Assembly (NCBI GenBank): GCA_028279245.1
Contig: JANQOE010000059.1
Span: forward strand, 236-64,235
From: Alphaproteobacteria bacterium
GTDB lineage: Bacteria; Pseudomonadota; Alphaproteobacteria; UBA6615
Length of the DNA: 64,000 nucleotides
Direction: 5' to 3'
The position numbers and the translations under genes were made by a program. The notes under the pieces are model-generated. The model was not told the DNA's origin. It saw only the letters and a list, made by a program, of their open reading frames with translations, and made no database searches. The first letter of the stretch is position 1, and every line of letters begins with the position of its first letter. Positions 9,729-19,396 of the stretch are shown here, in pieces.

Positions 9729-10657
9729 TGAAACCGTATCCGCGGATTGAGGAAGCCGTAGCCAATATCCGCCAGCGTCTGAGTGGTTACCGCGACGAAC
9801 ACGGCAATCATCGTGCAGGCCTCGATAACAAAGATGTCCTGATTGAGCGACGCCTCCAGCAACAGCGAGCCGAACCCTTTGTAACCGAAGAAGAACTCGA
9901 CGACGATCACGCCGGACAGCAGCCAGTTGATCTGCAACATGATCACCGTAAACGGCGCGATCAGCGCATTGCGCAACGCATGCCGAGTGATCACCCGGCG
10001 GAACGGCAGCCCTTTCAGGATCGCCGTGCGGATGTAGTTGGTGGTCATGACCTCGGCCATCGAGGCCCGGGTCATCCGCGTCACATAGCCGAAGTCGTAG
10101 ATCACCAGCACGGCCACCGGCAGGATCAACTGCACCGGATCAAAGCCGTTGATCATCGCGCTAGTGCCCGGCAGCCAGCCCAACAGGAAGACAAAGATCG
10201 CCGAAAGGAACACAGCCGTCGCGAACTCCGGCACCGACGTGGTCAGCACGCTGCCGATCGAGATCACGCGGTCGGTGACCGAGGATTCACGCATGCCCGC
10301 GATCACGCCCAGGGTCAGTGACAGCGGAATGACCACCGCCATCGTCAATGCGCCGAGGACGATGGTGTTCTGTAGCCGCGGCCACAGCACCTCTGCCACC
10401 GGCGCTTGGAAGGTGATGGACTCACCCAGGTTCCCGGTCAGGAACCCCGATAGCCAGCGAAAGTAGCGGGTGTAGAGCGGGTCGTCATAGCCGTTGGCCG
10501 CCAGCCACAACCGGCGCTGCTCATCGGTCGAGAAAGCCCCGAGGACCTTGGCCGCCACCGCGTCGCCATTGATCTCTAATAGCAGAAACAGCACCAACGA
10601 CACCGCCAACATGATCAACAGCATGTTGCCGATGCGCCTGAGGATCAGGATCAGCAT
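9725..10657 (-). CDS. ABC transporter permease (DppB/OppB-like)
   Basis: 310 aa with the typical N-terminus MLILILRRIGNMLLIMLAVSLVLF and C-terminal LNPRIRF. Confidence 0.85.
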   Translation of the reverse strand: MLILILRRIGNMLLIMLAVSLVLFLLLEINGDAVAAKVLGAFSTDEQRRLWLAANGYDDPLYTRYFRWLSGFLTGNLGESITFQAPVAEVLWPRLQNTIVLGALTMAVVIPLSLTLGVIAGMRESSVTDRVISIGSVLTTSVPEFATAVFLSAIFVFLLGWLPGTSAMINGFDPVQLILPVAVLVIYDFGYVTRMTRASMAEVMTTNYIRTAILKGLPFRRVITRHALRNALIAPFTVIMLQINWLLSGVIVVEFFFGYKGFGSLLLEASLNQDIFVIEACTMIAVFVAVTTQTLADIGYGFLNPRIRFQ

Positions 10658-10686
10658 CTGCGCGGTTTGTGGAGAAGCGAAGAGAA

Positions 10687-10715
10687 GCGGGGCCCGCCCA
10701 CCAGACGGGCCCCGC
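10687..10715 (-). promoter_or_regulatory. GC-rich hairpin between binding-protein and permease genes (possible partial terminator/stabiliser)
   Basis: Perfect 10-bp stem GCGGGGCCCG (10687-10696) / CGGGCCCCGC (10706-10715) with a 9-nt loop, starting 6 nt after the binding-protein stop. On the minus strand it is followed by a pyrimidine-rich TTCTCTTCGCTTCTCC, not a clean U-run. Confidence 0.45.
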
Positions 10716-10720
10716 GCACC

Positions 10721-12427
10721 CTAAACGTCCAACCAGACTTGGTTGTAGTGATGCTCGAGGGCGGGCTGTACGGCGAAGCCCTTCACCCGGTTGTTCGTCG
10801 TGACAAAGACCGAGCGCCAGAACGGCTGAATGAGGATCGCGTCGTCCTGCATCATCCGCTCAAGCTGCTCCACCAAGCGCCGGCGCTCGTTGACGTCGAC
10901 GGTCGCGCTCGCCTGGTCGAGGATCCGGTCGAACTCAGGGTTGGCGTAGGACGTCTCGTTCCACACCGCCCCGGTTCGATAACCGACGTTCAGCACCTGG
11001 GTCGCCAACGGCCGATGCGTCCAGCCAGTCAGGCTGAACGGCCACTTGTCCCAGTCCGGCCAGTACACTTCGCCCGGCGCGACCCGCAAGTTGACGTTGA
11101 TACCAGCCGGCCGCAGCATCTCAACGATCGCCTGACAGGTGTTCGGCTCCCATTGCGGCGCGTTCACACACACCATCTCAAGGTCGATACCATCCGGGTA
11201 GCCGGCGTCGACCAGCAGCTTCTTCGCCAGGTCGTAGTCCTGCTTCTGCCGCGGCAGCGGCGCGTAGGCCGGATGCGCCGGCGACACGTGATGATTCTCA
11301 CCCGCCACGCCGAAGTCCTGATAGGCCACATTCAGCAGCCGCTCGGTATCCATCGAGGCCAGGATCGCCCGGCGCAGATTGATGTTGTCGAAGGGCGCTT
11401 CGGTGATCTTCATGCGCGCAACACCGGTCTGCGCGGTCTTCGCGTCATGCACCGTGATACCCGGGATGCGCTGCATCGCCGGGATCTGCTCGACACTGGT
11501 CACATGGTTGATATCGATCTGGTCCGAGGCAAAGGCCGCGATCTCGCCGCTCGGATCGTTCGCCGGGCCATCGATGTAGGTGATCTGGTCGAGATAGACC
11601 GGACCGGTCCAGTGATCCCCGGCGCGACGCCGGAACACCGCCCGTTCACCGACGGCAAACTCGGCGAGTTCGAACGGCCCGGTCCCGACCGGGTTGGCCG
11701 AAAGGTCACCGCCCTCGTCGGCAAAACGACGGTGCGAGATCAAGGCGGGGTAATCTCCGAAGCTTTCCGGAACGGCCAGTTCGCCGGTGCTGAGATGCAG
11801 GCGCACGGTGTAATCGTCGACCTTCTCGACGGCGCCGGAGCGGCCCACCTGGCTCTCGACCTCTTTTCCCTCGGCGTCCTTCTTGGTCACCGTCTCGGTC
11901 AGTCCGGCGAACCGGCTGATGTTCGAGGACCCTGTCGACGGATCGAGCCAGCGCTCGAAGTTCGAGACAATGTCGTCGGCATTCATGTCGTCGCCGTTCG
12001 ACCATTTGACACCGCGGCGTACATTCAGTGTCCAGGTCTTCAGGTCTTCCGACGGCTCCCAGCTTTCAACCAGGTACGGCCGCGTTAGGCCGTCGGTCCC
12101 GACCTGTGCCATCGGTTCGAGGAACTGGCGGGCCAAGTTACCGGTCTCGGACCATTCAGAACGTGCCGCGTCGTCGAGCGGCTTGACGAACATCGAAACC
12201 CGCAGATTGCCGCCGCTTTTCGGCGACGCCTGCGCCGCAGCGGAACGAACAAAGGGCGCACCCGTGACCTTGCCGGCGAGCGTATATGCCGCGGCCGCGG
12301 ACACGCCGAGCAATGTCGTCGTCCGCAGAAAGTCGCGCCTTCCTATTTTTCCTTTTCGGAGGTCTTCAGCCAGTTCCGGTACGGCTGGATGAAGCTTCTC
12401 GGACTTCCACCACGGTGCATCAGACAT
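10721..12427 (-). CDS. ABC transporter substrate-binding protein, family 5 (peptide/nickel/opine type), Tat-exported
   Basis: 568 aa with twin-arginine signal GRRDFLRTTTLLGVSAAAAYTLAG. First gene of the minus-strand operon. Confidence 0.85.
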   Translation of the reverse strand: MSDAPWWKSEKLHPAVPELAEDLRKGKIGRRDFLRTTTLLGVSAAAAYTLAGKVTGAPFVRSAAAQASPKSGGNLRVSMFVKPLDDAARSEWSETGNLARQFLEPMAQVGTDGLTRPYLVESWEPSEDLKTWTLNVRRGVKWSNGDDMNADDIVSNFERWLDPSTGSSNISRFAGLTETVTKKDAEGKEVESQVGRSGAVEKVDDYTVRLHLSTGELAVPESFGDYPALISHRRFADEGGDLSANPVGTGPFELAEFAVGERAVFRRRAGDHWTGPVYLDQITYIDGPANDPSGEIAAFASDQIDINHVTSVEQIPAMQRIPGITVHDAKTAQTGVARMKITEAPFDNINLRRAILASMDTERLLNVAYQDFGVAGENHHVSPAHPAYAPLPRQKQDYDLAKKLLVDAGYPDGIDLEMVCVNAPQWEPNTCQAIVEMLRPAGINVNLRVAPGEVYWPDWDKWPFSLTGWTHRPLATQVLNVGYRTGAVWNETSYANPEFDRILDQASATVDVNERRRLVEQLERMMQDDAILIQPFWRSVFVTTNNRVKGFAVQPALEHHYNQVWLDV

Positions 12428-12668
12428 TACTACGCCTTCCTAACGTCCATTTCATGTATTTCCGAGGACAGGCGCAAGACAAGCCGAAGAAAAACAGCGA
12501 ACTACATGGCACGACATGAAGTTCGATCAAAGACTTTCGAGGGTCCTTTACTAGCGCCAGTGTCCCCTGGGCCTGTTAAACTTGCGCTCTAGTGTTTTGT
12601 GCGGCTCGCGGAAGATTATTAGTTCGTGCCACTGGCATGTCAACCGAGCCCCTCACCTTAGGCTTAAC

Positions 12669-13883
12669 TCAATCCTGCAAGCAGGTCTCGATCACGACTT
12701 CGTTAGTCAGAGTCCGATGCACGGGACACTTGTCGGCAATCTCCAGTAGTCGCTGCCGGGTTGCCGCATCCAGATCGCCGCGCAGTTCCACCGTGCGGTC
12801 AATGCGGTCGATCCGCCCTTCCTTGGTTTCACAGTCTTCACAGTCCGCTGCATGGATTTTCTTATGCTCCAACCGCACGCTGACGTCTTCCAGCCCAATC
12901 TTCTTGCGCCGCGCATACATGCGAACGGTCATCGCCGTGCAGGCGCCCAACCCGGCCAGCAACAGATCGTAGGGCGTTGGGCCAGTGTTGCCACCCCCGA
13001 CACTCTCCGGCTCGTCCGACCGGAGTTGATGCGGACCCGCTGCAACGCTGACGGCAAATAAATTCTCATGCGTTTCCACAACAGCGACCTGACCCTCCGA
13101 AGCTTTGGCCGTGGGCGCCTCCGTTGCGGGCACATAGCGGCTCGCCCATCCCGCAATAACCGACGCCGCATACTCGGCATCGGCCCGGCGAGTGAGTAGA
13201 TGGTCGGCATCATCCAAAGAGACAAAACTCTTCGGGTGACGGGCGGCCTGAAAAATACGTCCGGCATTATCAACACCCACCGTATCGTCCCGCGGGCTGT
13301 GCATCACCAACAGCGCCTTGCGCATCCCGGCGACATCGTCGGCCAGCCGTTGTTGCTTGATGTCATCGATGAACTGCTTCCGGATCGTGAAGGGGCGGCC
13401 CGCCAAGTTCACGTGCGCCTCGCCCGCCGCCTCGATCTCCTCCAGCGATTCGGCGAACAGGTGCGACACATGCGCCGGATCCGCCGGCGCGCCGATCGTC
13501 ACGACGGCCTTGACCTCGGGAATGTCGGGTGCCGCGGCCAGCACCGCCGCGCCGCCCAGGCTGTGGCCGACCAGAATGGCCGGCGCCGTGTCTTGCGTCC
13601 GCAGATGCCCCGCGGCGGCGATCAAGTCCTGCACGTTCGAGCTGAAATTGGTGTTGGCGAACTCGCCTTCGCTATGGCCAAGCCCCGTGAAGTCGAAGCG
13701 AAGCACGGCGAACCCGGCCTCGTTCAGCGTCCGCGCGATGCGCGACGCGGCGAAGATGTCTTTCGTACAAGTGAAGCAATGGGCAAACAGCACATAGGCG
13801 CGCGTCGGGCCGGCGGGCTTATCCAGCCGCGCCGCCAGCGCCTCGCCGGTCGCACCGGCAAAAGAAATACGTTCGGAAGGCAT
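12669..13883 (-). CDS. Alpha/beta hydrolase fused to an OsmC-family peroxiredoxin-like domain
   Basis: N-terminal nucleophile elbow GHSLGG. The C-terminal ~140 aa carry OsmC-like Cys contexts LGACTAMT and ADKCPVHRTL. Confidence 0.8.
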   Translation of the reverse strand: MPSERISFAGATGEALAARLDKPAGPTRAYVLFAHCFTCTKDIFAASRIARTLNEAGFAVLRFDFTGLGHSEGEFANTNFSSNVQDLIAAAGHLRTQDTAPAILVGHSLGGAAVLAAAPDIPEVKAVVTIGAPADPAHVSHLFAESLEEIEAAGEAHVNLAGRPFTIRKQFIDDIKQQRLADDVAGMRKALLVMHSPRDDTVGVDNAGRIFQAARHPKSFVSLDDADHLLTRRADAEYAASVIAGWASRYVPATEAPTAKASEGQVAVVETHENLFAVSVAAGPHQLRSDEPESVGGGNTGPTPYDLLLAGLGACTAMTVRMYARRKKIGLEDVSVRLEHKKIHAADCEDCETKEGRIDRIDRTVELRGDLDAATRQRLLEIADKCPVHRTLTNEVVIETCLQD

Positions 13884-13952
13884 GTCGACTCCCTGATGAG
13901 AACCACGGGAGCCAATGTTAGGGGCTTAGGCCGGTCGCTTCGAGGTTCGCAT

Positions 13953-14471
13953 CTAGGCGTGACCGACGACCCCGCCACCGTTCGCGAGGAGCCCATGCTG
14001 GCCACGCAACAGCCAACCCACGGCCTCGTTCCAGGCGCCCGACACCGGTCGAGCGATCTCTAGCCGCAATCCGTCACACCGCTCGGCATCGCGGATCCGT
14101 TCACATTCTTCCAGCAGCCCATCGGTGACCGAGCGGATTTGGGCAGGAAACAGTCCGAGCGCCACCAACTCCTCAACGACCAGTTCCCGTTCGTGGCCGA
14201 GGGTATGCCGGATATCGAAACAGGCGAGCCCCATCAGATAGCCACGGCGGTCCTCCGCGCTGATGATCCGGCCGGTCGACCGGCCCAGCAGGCGCCCCGC
14301 GGCATATTCGTCCCACACCTCGCGGCTCAACGACGGCTTTACCAAGCGCATCAACCCGTATGCCTTCGCCGAATGCCGGAGCCGGAGCGCCTGTACGCGA
14401 ATATGAGAGATGTCGTGTTCCAAGCGGGCACACTGGCCAAACAAGCCTGCAACTGCCGTGACTTGGATCAA
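13953..14471 (-). CDS. Hypothetical protein (possibly GNAT-like fold)
   Basis: 172-aa ORF with GC-rich third codon positions, divergent from the cysteine-synthase-like gene. I recognise no motif with confidence. Confidence 0.45.
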   Translation of the reverse strand: MIQVTAVAGLFGQCARLEHDISHIRVQALRLRHSAKAYGLMRLVKPSLSREVWDEYAAGRLLGRSTGRIISAEDRRGYLMGLACFDIRHTLGHERELVVEELVALGLFPAQIRSVTDGLLEECERIRDAERCDGLRLEIARPVSGAWNEAVGWLLRGQHGLLANGGGVVGHA

Positions 14472-14595
14472 TGGGCGCGGGACCGGCCCGCCCCAGGCTG
14501 GCCACCTTGCAGGTCGCCACCCGCAGCGCTAGTCTCCCCGCCTCCCGCGGCACCGATGCCGCCCGGAGCCCTTCAACCAAGGCAGGATTGTCTCC

Positions 14596-15597
14596 GTGGA
14601 CGTTCGTGACGGGTTTGTCAGCACGATCGGCAACACGCCGCTCATCAAGCTCCGCGAGGCGTCGGAACTGACCGGCTGCAGGATTCTCGGTAAGGCCGAG
14701 TTCTTGAACCCGGGTGGCTCGGTCAAGGACCGGGCGGCCCTAGCCATCATCAAGGACGCGGAGCAGCGCGGCCAACTGCAGCCCGGCAGCGTCATCGTCG
14801 AAGGCACCGCCGGCAATACCGGCATCGGCCTCGCCCTGGTCGGCAACGCCCGCGGCTACCGGACGGTTATCGTCATCCCGGAAACCCAGACCCAGGAAAA
14901 GATGGACACGCTGCGCCAATGCGGCGCGGAAGTCCGGCCCGTCCCCGCGGTGCCGTACCGGGACGACAACAATTACGTCAAAGTCTCCGGCCGTCTCGCC
15001 GCAGAACTCAACGAGAGCGAACCCGCCGGCGCCATCTGGGCCAACCAGTTCGACAATGTCGCCAATCGGCGAGGCCATTACGAAACCACCGGCCCGGAGA
15101 TTTGGGATCAGACCGACGGCACCATCGACGCCTTTATCTGCGCGGTCGGTACCGGCGGCACCCTGTCCGGTGTCGGCACCTTTCTGAAGGAGCGCAAGTC
15201 CGAGATCGTCATCGGCCTGGCGGACCCGCTGGGCTCGGCCATCTTCAACTACTACGCGCGCGGCGAACTGAAGGCGGAAGGTAGCTCGATCACCGAAGGT
15301 ATCGGCAACGGCCGCATCACCGCCAACATGGACGGCATGAAGGTCGACGAGTGGTTTCAGGTCACCGACACTGAATCCCTGCCCTACCTTTACAATCTGC
15401 TGAAGCATGAAGGGCTGATGCTAGGCACGTCGTCCGCCATTAACGTGACCGGCGCCATCAAACTGGCGAAGCAACTGGGCCCGGGCCATACCATCGTCAC
15501 GGTGCTCTGCGACTACGGCAGCCGCTATGCGTCGAAGATCTACAACCCGCCGTTCCTGCGGGACAAAGGTCTGCCCGTTCCCGAGTGGCTCGGATAG
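14596..15597 (+). CDS. Cysteine synthase / PLP-dependent beta-substituting enzyme (CysK/CBS-like)
   Basis: 333 aa with a GTG start. PLP-lysine context NPGGSVKDRAA and Gly-rich loop GTGGTLSG. Confidence 0.85.
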   Translation: MDVRDGFVSTIGNTPLIKLREASELTGCRILGKAEFLNPGGSVKDRAALAIIKDAEQRGQLQPGSVIVEGTAGNTGIGLALVGNARGYRTVIVIPETQTQEKMDTLRQCGAEVRPVPAVPYRDDNNYVKVSGRLAAELNESEPAGAIWANQFDNVANRRGHYETTGPEIWDQTDGTIDAFICAVGTGGTLSGVGTFLKERKSEIVIGLADPLGSAIFNYYARGELKAEGSSITEGIGNGRITANMDGMKVDEWFQVTDTESLPYLYNLLKHEGLMLGTSSAINVTGAIKLAKQLGPGHTIVTVLCDYGSRYASKIYNPPFLRDKGLPVPEWLG

Positions 15598-15602
15598 GCG
15601 CC

Positions 15603-16322
15603 ATGGCAACCGAGGAACTCTATCGTCAGGACAGCTACCTCCGCGAGTGTGACGCAACAGTCGTCGCGATCAACGATCGGAACGGAATCATCCTTGACCA
15701 GACGGTCTTCTACCCCACCGGCGGCGGGCAACCGGGCGATACCGGTCTCCTACGCCTGGCTGACGGTTCGGAGGTGCACATCGCCACAACCGTCAAAGGC
15801 GACGCGCCGGGTGAAATCGTCCACGTGCCGGCTGAAGATCAGCCCGTATTGTCGGCGGGCGATTGCGTCACCGCCGCCATCGACTGGGACCGACGTTACC
15901 GCCACATGCGGATCCACACCTGCCTGCATCTGTTGTCGGCGATCCTTCCCTACCCGGTGACCGGCGGTCAAATCGCCGCTGACAAAGGCCGTCTGGATTT
16001 CGACATCCCGGAAGGCGGCCTGGACAAGGCCGAGATCACCACGCGGCTCAACGCGTTGGTTCAGGAGGACCACAGCGTCCTTGCAGAGTGGATCACTGAC
16101 GAAGAACTCGACAGCCAGCCCGATCTGGTGAAGACGATGAGCGTGCAGCCACCGCGCGGCGCCGGCAAAGTCCGCCTGATCAACGTCGACGGGCAGGACC
16201 TCCAGCCCTGCGGCGGCACCCACGTCGCAAGGACCAGTGAGATCGGTCAGGTGGAAGTCCGCAAGATCGAAAAGAAAGGCCGGCAGAACCGCCGCGTGGT
16301 GGTCGGTTTCAGCGATGGTTGA
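15603..16322 (+). CDS. alaX: Alanyl-tRNA editing protein (AlaX-like)
   Basis: Zn-binding motifs HTCLHLL and CGGTHV. ATG 15603 lies just after the upstream stop; the track TTG at 15585 would overlap that gene. Confidence 0.8.
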   Translation: MATEELYRQDSYLRECDATVVAINDRNGIILDQTVFYPTGGGQPGDTGLLRLADGSEVHIATTVKGDAPGEIVHVPAEDQPVLSAGDCVTAAIDWDRRYRHMRIHTCLHLLSAILPYPVTGGQIAADKGRLDFDIPEGGLDKAEITTRLNALVQEDHSVLAEWITDEELDSQPDLVKTMSVQPPRGAGKVRLINVDGQDLQPCGGTHVARTSEIGQVEVRKIEKKGRQNRRVVVGFSDG

Positions 16323-17166
16323 CGCCCTCGTCTCCGCTGAATGGTTAGCTGCCAACTTGGCTGACCCAAAGGTCAAGCCGGTCGACGCCACCTGGTTTCT
16401 GCCGCCGACCGATCGCAATGCGATTGCGGAATACGAGGCCAGCCACATCCCCGGTGCCGTCTACTTCGACATCGACCGGATCGCCGATCAAGACAGTGGC
16501 CTGCCGCACACCATGCCCAGCGCCGAACAGTTTACGGAAGCGGTTGGCGTGCTCGGCATCGGCAACGACGACCATGTCGTTGTCTATGACGGTCAGGGCA
16601 TCTTCTCCGGCCCGCGCGTCTGGTGGATGTTCCGCGCCTTTGGGCACGACCGCGTCAGTCTGCTGGACGGCGGTCTGCCCGAGTGGCGTCGTCGAAACCT
16701 GCCACTGACCGCAGAGCCAACCGCAGTGACGCCCACGAGCTTCTCCGCAAAACTGGTACCGCAGCTGCTCGCCCGACTGTCCGATGTGCAACAAGCAGTC
16801 GCCGGCGGCGGGTCGCTCATCGCCGACGTCCGCAGTCCCGGCCGGTTCGATGGCTCAGCGCCCGAACCGCGCCCCGGCGTTCGCAGCGGCCACATGCCCG
16901 GCGCCCTCAATCTGCACTACGCTAACCTGTTGGATGAAGCCGCCGAGTTCTTCCTGCCGGTATCCGAGATACAGGCACGCCTAAAGACAGCCGGCTTGGA
17001 TCAGCCCAAGCCTGTCATCACCACTTGCGGATCGGGCGTAACCGCCTGCATCCTCTCCCTCGGCATGCTCGTGGCCGGCTACGACAATTGGGCGGTCTAT
17101 GACGGGTCCTGGTCGGAATGGGGCAGCCGCGACGATACGCCCGTGGAAAGGTCCGCCAGTGGCTGA
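16315..17166 (+). CDS. sseA: 3-mercaptopyruvate sulfurtransferase (tandem rhodanese)
   Basis: Active-site loop CGSGVTAC and N-terminus MVDALVSAEWLAANL. ATG 16315 overlaps the alaX stop by 8 nt. The track start at 16237 lies inside alaX. Confidence 0.85.
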   Translation: MVDALVSAEWLAANLADPKVKPVDATWFLPPTDRNAIAEYEASHIPGAVYFDIDRIADQDSGLPHTMPSAEQFTEAVGVLGIGNDDHVVVYDGQGIFSGPRVWWMFRAFGHDRVSLLDGGLPEWRRRNLPLTAEPTAVTPTSFSAKLVPQLLARLSDVQQAVAGGGSLIADVRSPGRFDGSAPEPRPGVRSGHMPGALNLHYANLLDEAAEFFLPVSEIQARLKTAGLDQPKPVITTCGSGVTACILSLGMLVAGYDNWAVYDGSWSEWGSRDDTPVERSASG

Positions 17167-17800
17167 AGCCAAGGAACTCGAAGTCACGATTACCGACCTC
17201 GCCATGACCAAGGCGCCCCACTATCGCGTAGTGCCGCGCCCGCCCGGCAAACATGCGTTGTTGCTCGCCGAGGGCATGACCCTCTCCTTCTATCGGTACC
17301 TTTACAACAATGTCGGCGAACGCTGGTTCTGGTGGGAACGGCGCGCGATGGCCGACGACGACCTGAAGTCGCTGATCAAGAACGAGAAAATCGAGATCTA
17401 CGTCCTCTACGTCGACGGCGTGCCGGCCGGCTTCACCGAAGTGGACTACACGTCCTTCGACCAGGATCGGTCCGTTGAGATTTCCATCCTCGGCCTGATT
17501 CCGGAATACATCGGCAAGGGCTACGGTCTGTACTTGGCCAACTGGGTGGTCGATGGGATCTGGCGCCGCGAGCCGGAACGCGTAAGCACCCGCATCACCT
17601 CGTTCGATCATCACCGTGCCGCCGGCCTGCTGCAGAGGGTCGGTTTCGCCGCGGTCGGGCAGCATGTCGAAAACATGCCAGATCCTCGGACCAAGAGCCT
17701 CATCGATCCGAAGACGCCACTGCCGCAAACCCACCAGGACAAGAAGGCGCCACCCGGCCCCCACGCGGTGATCACGCCCCTTCCCCGGCGACGTGACTAA
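17159..17800 (+). CDS. GNAT family N-acetyltransferase
   Basis: Acetyl-CoA binding-type motif IPEYIGKGYGLYL. Start is ambiguous: GTG 17159 overlaps the sseA stop by 8 nt, and ATG 17204 is the alternative. Confidence 0.7.
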   Translation: MAEAKELEVTITDLAMTKAPHYRVVPRPPGKHALLLAEGMTLSFYRYLYNNVGERWFWWERRAMADDDLKSLIKNEKIEIYVLYVDGVPAGFTEVDYTSFDQDRSVEISILGLIPEYIGKGYGLYLANWVVDGIWRREPERVSTRITSFDHHRAAGLLQRVGFAAVGQHVENMPDPRTKSLIDPKTPLPQTHQDKKAPPGPHAVITPLPRRRD

Positions 17801-19004
17801 GCGAACACCCGACGCGACACCGCCGCTCCCTCGACTTCAAGACGACACGCTGTTGATCGAGCAGGGCCGTGCGCCCGCGGACCATTACGGCGCCATTAAC
17901 GTGCCGGCCTACCGCGCGTCGACCTTTGCCTTTCCGACGACGGCCGATCTGGCCGCAACCCGCTCTCGCAGCTACGCGGGCTACAGCTACGGCCGCGCCG
18001 CCACACCGACCAGCGAGGCCTTGCAAGACGCCGTGGCGGCGCTCGAAGGCGGTGCCGGCGCGGTGGTCGCCTCGAGTGGCGTGGCCGCCATTGCCACCGC
18101 CCTCACGTCCGTCCTCGGCGCCGGCGATCATCTGCTCGTCGCGGACTGCGTCTATGGCCCGACGCGCCGGTTCTGCGACCGGGTGTTGACCAGGTTCGGC
18201 ATCGAGGTGACCTACTTCGACCCGGCGATCGGTGCGGCTATAGGGAGGCTGTTCAAACCCGGGACCAAGGCGGTCTTCACCGAGTCACCCGGCTCGCTGA
18301 CCTTCGAGATGCTGGACATCCCGGCAATAGCCGCCGCCGCGCACGCGGCGGATGCCACGCTGATCAACGACAACACCTGGGGCACGCCGCTGCTCTTCAA
18401 GTCCTTCACCCATGGTGTCGACATCTCGGTGCACTCGGCGACCAAATACATCGGCGGACACGCCGACTTGTTGCTGGGCATCATCGTGGCGAATGCGCGG
18501 TCACTGCCGGCGGTCCGTACCAACGCGACGAATTTCGGGGTTTGCGCCGGTCCCGACGACATCTATCTGGCACTGCGCGGCCTACGCACCCTGTCGGTGC
18601 GCCTTGAACGTCATCAGCGCAATGCCTTGGCCCTCGCCGAGTTTCTGTCGACAAGGCCGGAGATCGACCGTGTGCTGTACCCGCCACTGGCGTCCGACCC
18701 GGGCCATGCCATCTGGCAACGCGACTTTGGCGGCGCCTCCGGTTTGATGAGTATCGTTCTCACGCCCGGATATGCCGACGACGCCGTGGCCGCCATGGTC
18801 GACGGGCTGCGCCTCTTCACCATTGGTGCGAGTTGGGGCGGCTTCGAATCCCTGATCCTGCCCTCCGACCCCACGCGCGCCCGTACCGCCACCCAGTGGA
18901 CCGCTGGCGGACAACTGCTCAGATTACACATTGGTCTGGAGGATCCTCGCGACCTCATTGCCGACCTGACCGCCGGCTTCGAACGCCTAAGGAATGCGAC
19001 ATGA
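17793..19004 (+). CDS. metC: Cystathionine beta-lyase (Cys/Met-metabolism PLP enzyme)
   Basis: 403 aa with PLP-lysine context [12 protein letters not shown] and typical C-terminal [17 protein letters not shown]. Confidence 0.85.
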   Translation: MTKRTPDATPPLPRLQDDTLLIEQGRAPADHYGAINVPAYRASTFAFPTTADLAATRSRSYAGYSYGRAATPTSEALQDAVAALEGGAGAVVASSGVAAIATALTSVLGAGDHLLVADCVYGPTRRFCDRVLTRFGIEVTYFDPAIGAAIGRLFKPGTKAVFTESPGSLTFEMLDIPAIAAAAHAADATLINDNTWGTPLLFKSFTHGVDISVHSATKYIGGHADLLLGIIVANARSLPAVRTNATNFGVCAGPDDIYLALRGLRTLSVRLERHQRNALALAEFLSTRPEIDRVLYPPLASDPGHAIWQRDFGGASGLMSIVLTPGYADDAVAAMVDGLRLFTIGASWGGFESLILPSDPTRARTATQWTAGGQLLRLHIGLEDPRDLIADLTAGFERLRNAT

Positions 19005-19393
19005 ACCCGAAACCCCTACTCGATGCCCTCGCCCCGGATGCCAATGGCCTGGTCCCGGCAATCGCTCAGCAGTTCGACACCGGCGAAGTGTTGATGATGG
19101 CTTGGATGAGCCGGGAGTCGATCGAAGCAACGATCTCAACCGGCGAAGCGCATTACTGGTCGCGCAGCCGCGGCAAGCTGTGGCGCAAGGGCGAAACATC
19201 GGGCCAGACCCAGCGGGTCGTCGACCTGCGCATCGACTGCGACGGCGATACCTTGTTGTTGCAAGTCGATCAGAAAGGCGTTGCCTGCCACACCGGCCGG
19301 CGAAACTGCTTTTATCGCCGGCTCGGCGGGGCGGGCCTGGAGAGCTTCGCCCCCGTACAGACCGACCCGAAGCAGCTCTATCAGTCCTCCTGA
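19001..19393 (+). CDS. hisI: Phosphoribosyl-AMP cyclohydrolase
   Basis: ATG 19001 overlaps the metC stop (ATGA). Conserved [19 protein letters not shown] and [13 protein letters not shown]...CHTG. The track start at 18833 lies inside metC. Confidence 0.9.
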   Translation: MNPKPLLDALAPDANGLVPAIAQQFDTGEVLMMAWMSRESIEATISTGEAHYWSRSRGKLWRKGETSGQTQRVVDLRIDCDGDTLLLQVDQKGVACHTGRRNCFYRRLGGAGLESFAPVQTDPKQLYQSS

Positions 19394-19396
19394 GCC

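Noticed and set aside
10667-12088. 473-aa plus-strand ORF over the substrate-binding protein gene
   Set aside because: It is antisense to a well-supported Tat-signal family-5 binding protein and has shadow-ORF composition.
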